From Eledone cirrhosa (taxonomy: Eukaryota): 64,000 bases of DNA. Location: positions 112,158,001 through 112,222,000 of the forward strand of contig OZ024742.1 of NCBI GenBank assembly GCA_964016885.1, in the 5' to 3' direction. Positions 57,939 to 64,000 of this stretch are shown here, piece after piece. The stretch's first letter is position 1, and each line of letters starts with the position of its first letter. The position numbers and the translations under genes were made by a program. Below the pieces are notes generated by a model that was not told the origin of the DNA, made no database searches, and was given only the letters and a program-made list of their open reading frames with translations.

Positions 57939-58222
57939 TCAGGTCACCAGTTGGTGCTACTGGTAACTTGTATCCCAGTACAACCTGTCTCATGGTCGGG
58001 TCGTTGGCGACTAAACTGGCAACCACACCATGGTTTCTTGGTGAGGAGGGTGACTTTGGACAACCTGCAGGACTAAAAACAAAACCTGTCAAAGGGAAAA
58101 TGTGCTCTTATGAGTCAATGTCCATCTAAAATGACCGGGAGAGATGACCACTTAGCCTTTGTCAAGGCAGAGTTCTAGGAGAAGGACAACTCTGATATAA
58201 CACCTCCAACCCAGATGGTATC
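57939..58222 (+). mobile_element. Probable RTE-clade LINE 5' UTR fragment
   Basis: GTCAAGGCAG...TAGGAGAAGGACAACTCTGATATAACACCTCC resembles RTE 5' UTR motifs (from memory, not searched). Confidence 0.4.
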
Positions 58223-58590
58223 CAATGATGTTGACTCGTTCGTCTTTTTGGTAAATATTATCTTGGTTAATAGAGTAGGAGTGGCTTTGTGCAGTGCCTT
58301 TGCTCAATATAAAAGCTTCACGGCACAGGCATTGCTTTATATCTGGAGATCTATCTGCACTCGTCGTCACATGGTGCCATGGGCCCAGCACTATGTGTCA
58401 ATAATTGTCACAGTTGTAGTGTTTGTACCAGAATTTTCAAGTGGCTGGCTGGACTAAAAGGTCACACTTGTTTAGCGTATCGGTAGGGGTTCTCCTACAT
58501 GGATATAAAGTAGTGGCCGTACTCGAAAACGAGTTGGCACCCACCATATATGTATATATACATATATATCCATATATAAATATATATATG

Positions 58591-58670
<80 letters not shown>

Positions 58671-59002
58671 GAAATATCTACCAAAAGTTTACGGTAGTGT
58701 CCAATCCGTATGATGAACTCAATGTAATCCGGATATCATGAAAAGAGAAGATGCATTCAAAAACTACTTTTAGTGAAAAATAAACGAAAATCAGAGTCAA
58801 GATAAATTATTAAAAAAATAATGAATAAACAAAGAAACAGTTCCTTATATTAAAAAAAAATGTCATTATTTTACGATCGTTTCTAGGATATATATGTGTT
58901 AGAGTTGGTATGCATATTCTATAGATCTATGTACAATATTTATACAAACTATCAGAGGGAATATACATACCTACACATATATATGCTATCTTCAGAAATA
59001 AT

Positions 59003-59132
59003 TGTTTCTACGTTAGGCACAAGGCCAGCAATTACCCAGTGTATTACTGGTACTTTATTTTATCGACCCCGTAAGGATGAAAGGCAAAGTTAACCTCGGC
59101 GGGATTTGAACTCGGAATGGCAAGGGCCGTAA
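59003..59132 (-). mobile_element. tRNA-derived SINE, 5'-truncated, with 17-bp TSD
   Basis: TSD CTATCTTCAGAAATAAT at 58986-59002 and 59133-59149; the other arm (61202-61218) is the empty site. Confidence 0.93.
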
Positions 59133-59936
59133 CTATCTTCAGAAATAATGATACTTGTTTATTGATAAGAACAAAGATTCAATACAATAGGTCTGTTTGG
59201 GAACAGGTTTTGAATTGACCAATCAGGAGATAGTGAGGGTCAAGATATAGAATTAGTAGAACCTTAAATTATGGGTAGAGGAAGGTAGAATTCAGTTTTG
59301 GATGGAAAAGAGTAATATGAATGAAGGATTATTTTAGGGAAGAAGTAGGTCATATGTTGACCTCAGAAATAATTTTATTTGTTCATTGAATAAAACCAAA
59401 CAATGATCCAATATAATAATGGATTACTTTAGGGAAGAAGTAGGTCATATGTTGACCTCAGAAATAATTTTATTTGTTCATTGAATAAAACCAACAAAGA
59501 TCAAATATATTCTGTCTGTTTGGTAAGGGGTTTAGACTTAACCAATAGAAAGTTAATAATTGGCCAAATGGTAAAATAGTAGTAATTGAAACTTATTTTA
59601 GGGGTGAAACTAGGTCAGGTGGTCAGTAGAAGGTATACAAGCAGTTGCTGTTATAAAATAGTAATGCCAATACAAATATCTAAGGTGACCAGAGTTTTAA
59701 GATAAGGATGTTAGTGAAAAAAATACATCTATGAAAAGGATATAAAATTAATTAAATTGAAGGGTATATTTATATTGATAAAATTATACTAATACATATA
59801 GATATGATAAATAAGAGTTAGATGCAGTTGAAAAGTGCTGTTAAGGATGAGGGGAGATTAAAAGAATATAAAAATTATATATATATATATATACATATAT
59901 ATACCTACATATATATACATACATACACACACACAT

Positions 59937-59981
<45 letters not shown>

Positions 59982-60016
59982 AACATACATACACATACAC
60001 TCACAAATATATACCC

Positions 60017-60055
<39 letters not shown>

Positions 60056-60081
60056 TGTATATATACATACACACACACACA

Positions 60082-60187
<106 letters not shown>

Positions 60188-60275
60188 ATGTAGGAGGTGA
60201 GTTTTATCGTAGTACAATAAAGCAATGCAGATATCGGATAAGAAGCACTCTACAGTTTGTAGGACTGGAGTATAC

Positions 60276-60568
60276 ATAATATATAAGATCAAAAGATGGT
60301 TAAAGGAGCCCCATGCATTTCACCATGCGCACCTCAAAGACAAACATCATCATGCAATAATACCTGCGGTTTCATCAGATAAAACAGGAGGACATGATAT
60401 GTTGATTTAAAACTGCACTATCCACAAGTGTTTTTTAGCCTTCATATCATGTTCTCCTGTTTCACCCGATGAAAACACAAACACCACTGCATGATGATGT
60501 CTGTCCTTGAAATGCGCACAACAAAACACATGGAACTCCCTCAACCATCTTTCGATCCCACATATTAT
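60276..60568. mobile_element. Fold-back with 126-bp arms and strand-biased A-to-G divergence, hammerhead-derived
   Basis: Ungapped alignment of 60276-60401 with 60443-60568: 31 mismatches, 29 of one type. Confidence 0.9.
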
Positions 60569-61200
60569 ATATATATATATACACACACAACAATTAATTT
60601 TATATCCTTTTCATAGATGTATTTTTTTCACTAACATCCTTATCTTAATACTCTGGTCACCTTAGATATTTGTATTGGCACTACTATTTTATAACAGCAA
60701 CTGCTTGTATAACTTCTACTGACCACCTGACCTAGTTTCACCCCTAAAATAAGTTTCAATTATTACTATTTTACCATTTGGCCAATTATTAACTTTCTAT
60801 TGGTTAAGTCTAAACCCCTTACCAAACAGACAGAATATATTTGATCTTTGTTGGTTTTATTCAATGAACAAATAAAATTATTTCTGAGGTCAACATATGA
60901 CCTACTTCTTCCCTAAAGTAATCCATTATTATATTGGATCTTTGTTTGGTTTTATTCAATGAACAAATAAAATTATTTCTGAGGTCAACATATGACCTAC
61001 TTCTTCCCCAAAATAATCCTTCATTCATATTACTCTTTTCCATCAAAAACTGAATTCTACCTTCCTCTACCCACAATTTAAGGTTCTACTAATTCTATAT
61101 CACCATCTTGACCCTCACTATCTCCTGATTGGTCAATTCAAAACCTGTTCCCAAACAGACCTATTGTATTGAATCTTTGTTCTTATCAATAAACAAGTAT

Positions 61201-61340
61201 CATTATTTCTGAAGACAGCATATATATGTGTAGGTATGTATATTCCCTCTGATAGTTTGTATAAATACTGTACATAGATCTATAGAATATGCATACCAAC
61301 TCTAACACATATATATCCTAGAAACGATCGTAAAATAATG
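61201..61340 (+). ncRNA. Type I hammerhead ribozyme with a 105-nt stem II region
   Basis: CATTATTT-CTGAAGA-CAGCATATATATGTGT...ACACATATATATCCTA-GAAA-CGATCG-TA-AAATAATG; mirror copy at 58864-59002 (minus). Confidence 0.8.
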
Positions 61341-61435
61341 ACATTTTTTTTTAATATAAGGAACTGTTTCTTTGTTTATTCATTATTTTTTTAATAATTT
61401 ATAAATATATATATATATTTATATATATATATGTA

Positions 61436-61478
<43 letters not shown>

Positions 61479-61517
61479 ATATATATATATGTATATTTAT
61501 ATATATATGTATATATG

Positions 61518-61566
<49 letters not shown>

Positions 61567-61569
61567 CTG

Positions 61570-61646
<77 letters not shown>

Positions 61647-61648
<2 letters not shown>

Positions 61649-61915
61649 AGGTGGTCGTGGAAGTGCCACGGCAAAAAAGCACCCAGCCCACACTGTAAAG
61701 TGGACGTGTAGGCGCCACGAAAAAGCACCCAGCACTCACTGTAAATGAGGTTGGTGTTAGGAAGGGCATCCAGCTGTAGAAATCAAGCCAGATCAGTTCC
61801 TGTATGAGCAAGGCATGGTCAGCCGACCAGACACTGCCCACAACAGGACAACCCGTCTAACCCATGCTAGCGTGGAAGAACGGACGTAAAACGGTGATGA
61901 TGATGATGATGATGA

Positions 61916-61919
<4 letters not shown>
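61647..61919 (+). mobile_element. SINE of a second family, 5'-truncated, with (GAT)n tail
   Basis: TTAGGAAGGGCATCCAGCTGTAGAAA core and AACCCATGCTAGCGTGGAAGAACGGACGTAAA(GAT)n end; resembles an abundant octopus SINE (from memory). Confidence 0.75.
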
Positions 61920-61948
<29 letters not shown>

Positions 61949-62110
61949 TATAGATATATATATATAGATATATATATATATGTATATATATATATATTTA
62001 TATCTATATATACTCCAGTCCTACAAACTGTAGAGTGCTTCTTATCCGATATCTGCATTGCTTTATTGAACTACAATAAAACTCACCTCCTACATATATT
62101 TATATCTATA

Positions 62111-62145
<35 letters not shown>

Positions 62146-62149
<4 letters not shown>

Positions 62150-62537
62150 AAAAAGAGATGAAATCGAAAATGCAACTGAAGTCATATTTTTTTTTTAAAT
62201 ATATATATTTATTTGGTTCCTTTACCGGTTTCGCAGTTCTTCTGCTTTTCAAAAGGTGAGTTGAGATGGAGGGTCTGTGGTAAATCCATAAAGATTATAT
62301 AATTAAACTAATTATTAAATTTTATAGAGATGGTAGTAAAAACCACAGACCCTCCATCTCAACTCACCTTTTGAAAAACAGAAGAACTGCGAAACCGGTA
62401 AAGGAACCAAATAAATATATATATTTAAAAAAAAAAAAAGACTTCAGTTGCATTTTCGATTTCATCTCTGTTTCTATATACTTTCACTCGTGTAGGACAC
62501 CTCGGTTATTTTTCATTTTGTAAAAAAAACCTCACTT
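62146..62537. mobile_element. Family H1 fold-back with hammerheads at 62219-62256 (minus) and 62367-62404 (plus)
   Basis: Inverted arms 62146-62280 and 62344-62475 around a 63-bp filler; CCTT-TTGAAAA-GCAG-AAGAA-CTGC-GAAA-CCGG-TA-AAGG. Confidence 0.88.
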
Positions 62538-62568
62538 TCTAATATATATATATATATATATATGTATG

Positions 62569-62703
<135 letters not shown>

Positions 62704-62724
62704 GTATGTATATATATATATATG

Positions 62725-62780
<56 letters not shown>

Positions 62781-62787
62781 ATGTATG

Positions 62788-62830
<43 letters not shown>

Positions 62831-64000
62831 TTGTGCGTGTATCCCATTGGAACTGAAACCCCAATAAGGCAACCCCAGTTGACATATTTAATGTATTTCT
62901 TAAAGACTCATTGATACAATAATTGAATTAATTCCCCTATCTGAGAGAACACATACAACTGTATAGAGTAAAAGCCCTGAATATTATATAGACAAGGTGA
63001 CGCAGTCATAGTATAAAACAACGTAGATTACCACAATAATTTCACGTCCAAACCGTTATTATTTCTGATGATCTTCATGGTGTGCTGTAACTAGTTGCAA
63101 ATCTTCATTTGCAAGTCGAATATGAAACTAACATTTATGAATGAATTATGAAAGGATAAAACAATAATCAGCTGGTATTCGTTCGTTTTATATCCGAATA
63201 TATATTTATATTATTTCTTTAGATTTTTTTATGATTTTTACATATACAGTTTTCAGATATCAAAGGAAAATTTTCGAATCGTATATACTTAACAGTCAAT
63301 CGTTTGTCTACTTTGAGCTTCCAGAGGTATCCCACAAACACATGCCCTCAAATGTTTACATAAGAACTAGAAATGTGTAGCATCAAGGAAGTATCTTTAG
63401 TGTTCGATAAATCCATAAAGATTATATAATTAAACTAATTATGAAATTTTATAGAGATGGTAGTAAAAACATATAAATAACTAAGAAGTTGAAATATCTG
63501 AAAGTCTGCGTTTTTATTGTAGGATTTTAACCCAAATGGATACCTTGTGCAAACCAATTTTTAAAAGCGTTTCCGTCGAGAATAGTCATATGTTACAGGC
63601 ACTGTAATTATACGACTAAATCTTCCAGTACGATGTGTCCCGTTGACTTTAAAGACTGTTTAGATATAACATACTATTACGACTCATTATATACGCATTA
63701 TTATATAGAGGGTTCCCTTATGTAGATTAGTGCCACAGCTGTAAATATCCACCGAAGGTAAAACATTCAACTAGGACTCTACCATTACTTGTTCTTATGG
63801 TTTACTACTGATATATTAGTGAGTCTACTTTTTACCGTAATGAAATATTTAATATGAAATTTTAAATAAATGTCTTCCTTTGTAAGCAATAACTGAACAT
63901 TAACATTTTTCTTAGATGTGATGTTGCCAAGAGAGACAATATTAATGAAAAATATTATTTTGCGTATGTAACATTGAGCTTGTAATTTCTGAGTATAAAT

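Overview
Eukaryotic, AT-rich, repeat-saturated DNA with no intact host gene. The SINE families and very dense (TA)n tracts suggest a cephalopod (octopus-like) genome; this is inference. Recognisable elements: a decayed Penelope-like element (RT plus GIY-YIG) with direct and inverted pseudo-LTRs (22-4207); an R4/Dong LINE fragment; a head-to-tail trimer of Tx1/L1-clade LINEs joined by (ATT)n tails (10726-23841) plus three more copies; RTE fragments; tRNA-type SINEs; a non-autonomous Helitron; and remnants of a long minus-strand multi-exon gene for an FN3-like repeat protein. The (TA)n tracts hold many short non-coding insertions, often fold-backs, carrying minimal type I hammerhead ribozymes from about nine families. 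Two families have a compensatory U3:A8 core. Most striking is the 126-bp-arm hairpin at 60276-60568: 29 of 31 arm mismatches are A-to-G on the minus strand, and reverting them rebuilds a complete hammerhead. This looks like an ADAR-hyper-edited RNA hairpin written back into the genome. All alignments and folds were done by eye.
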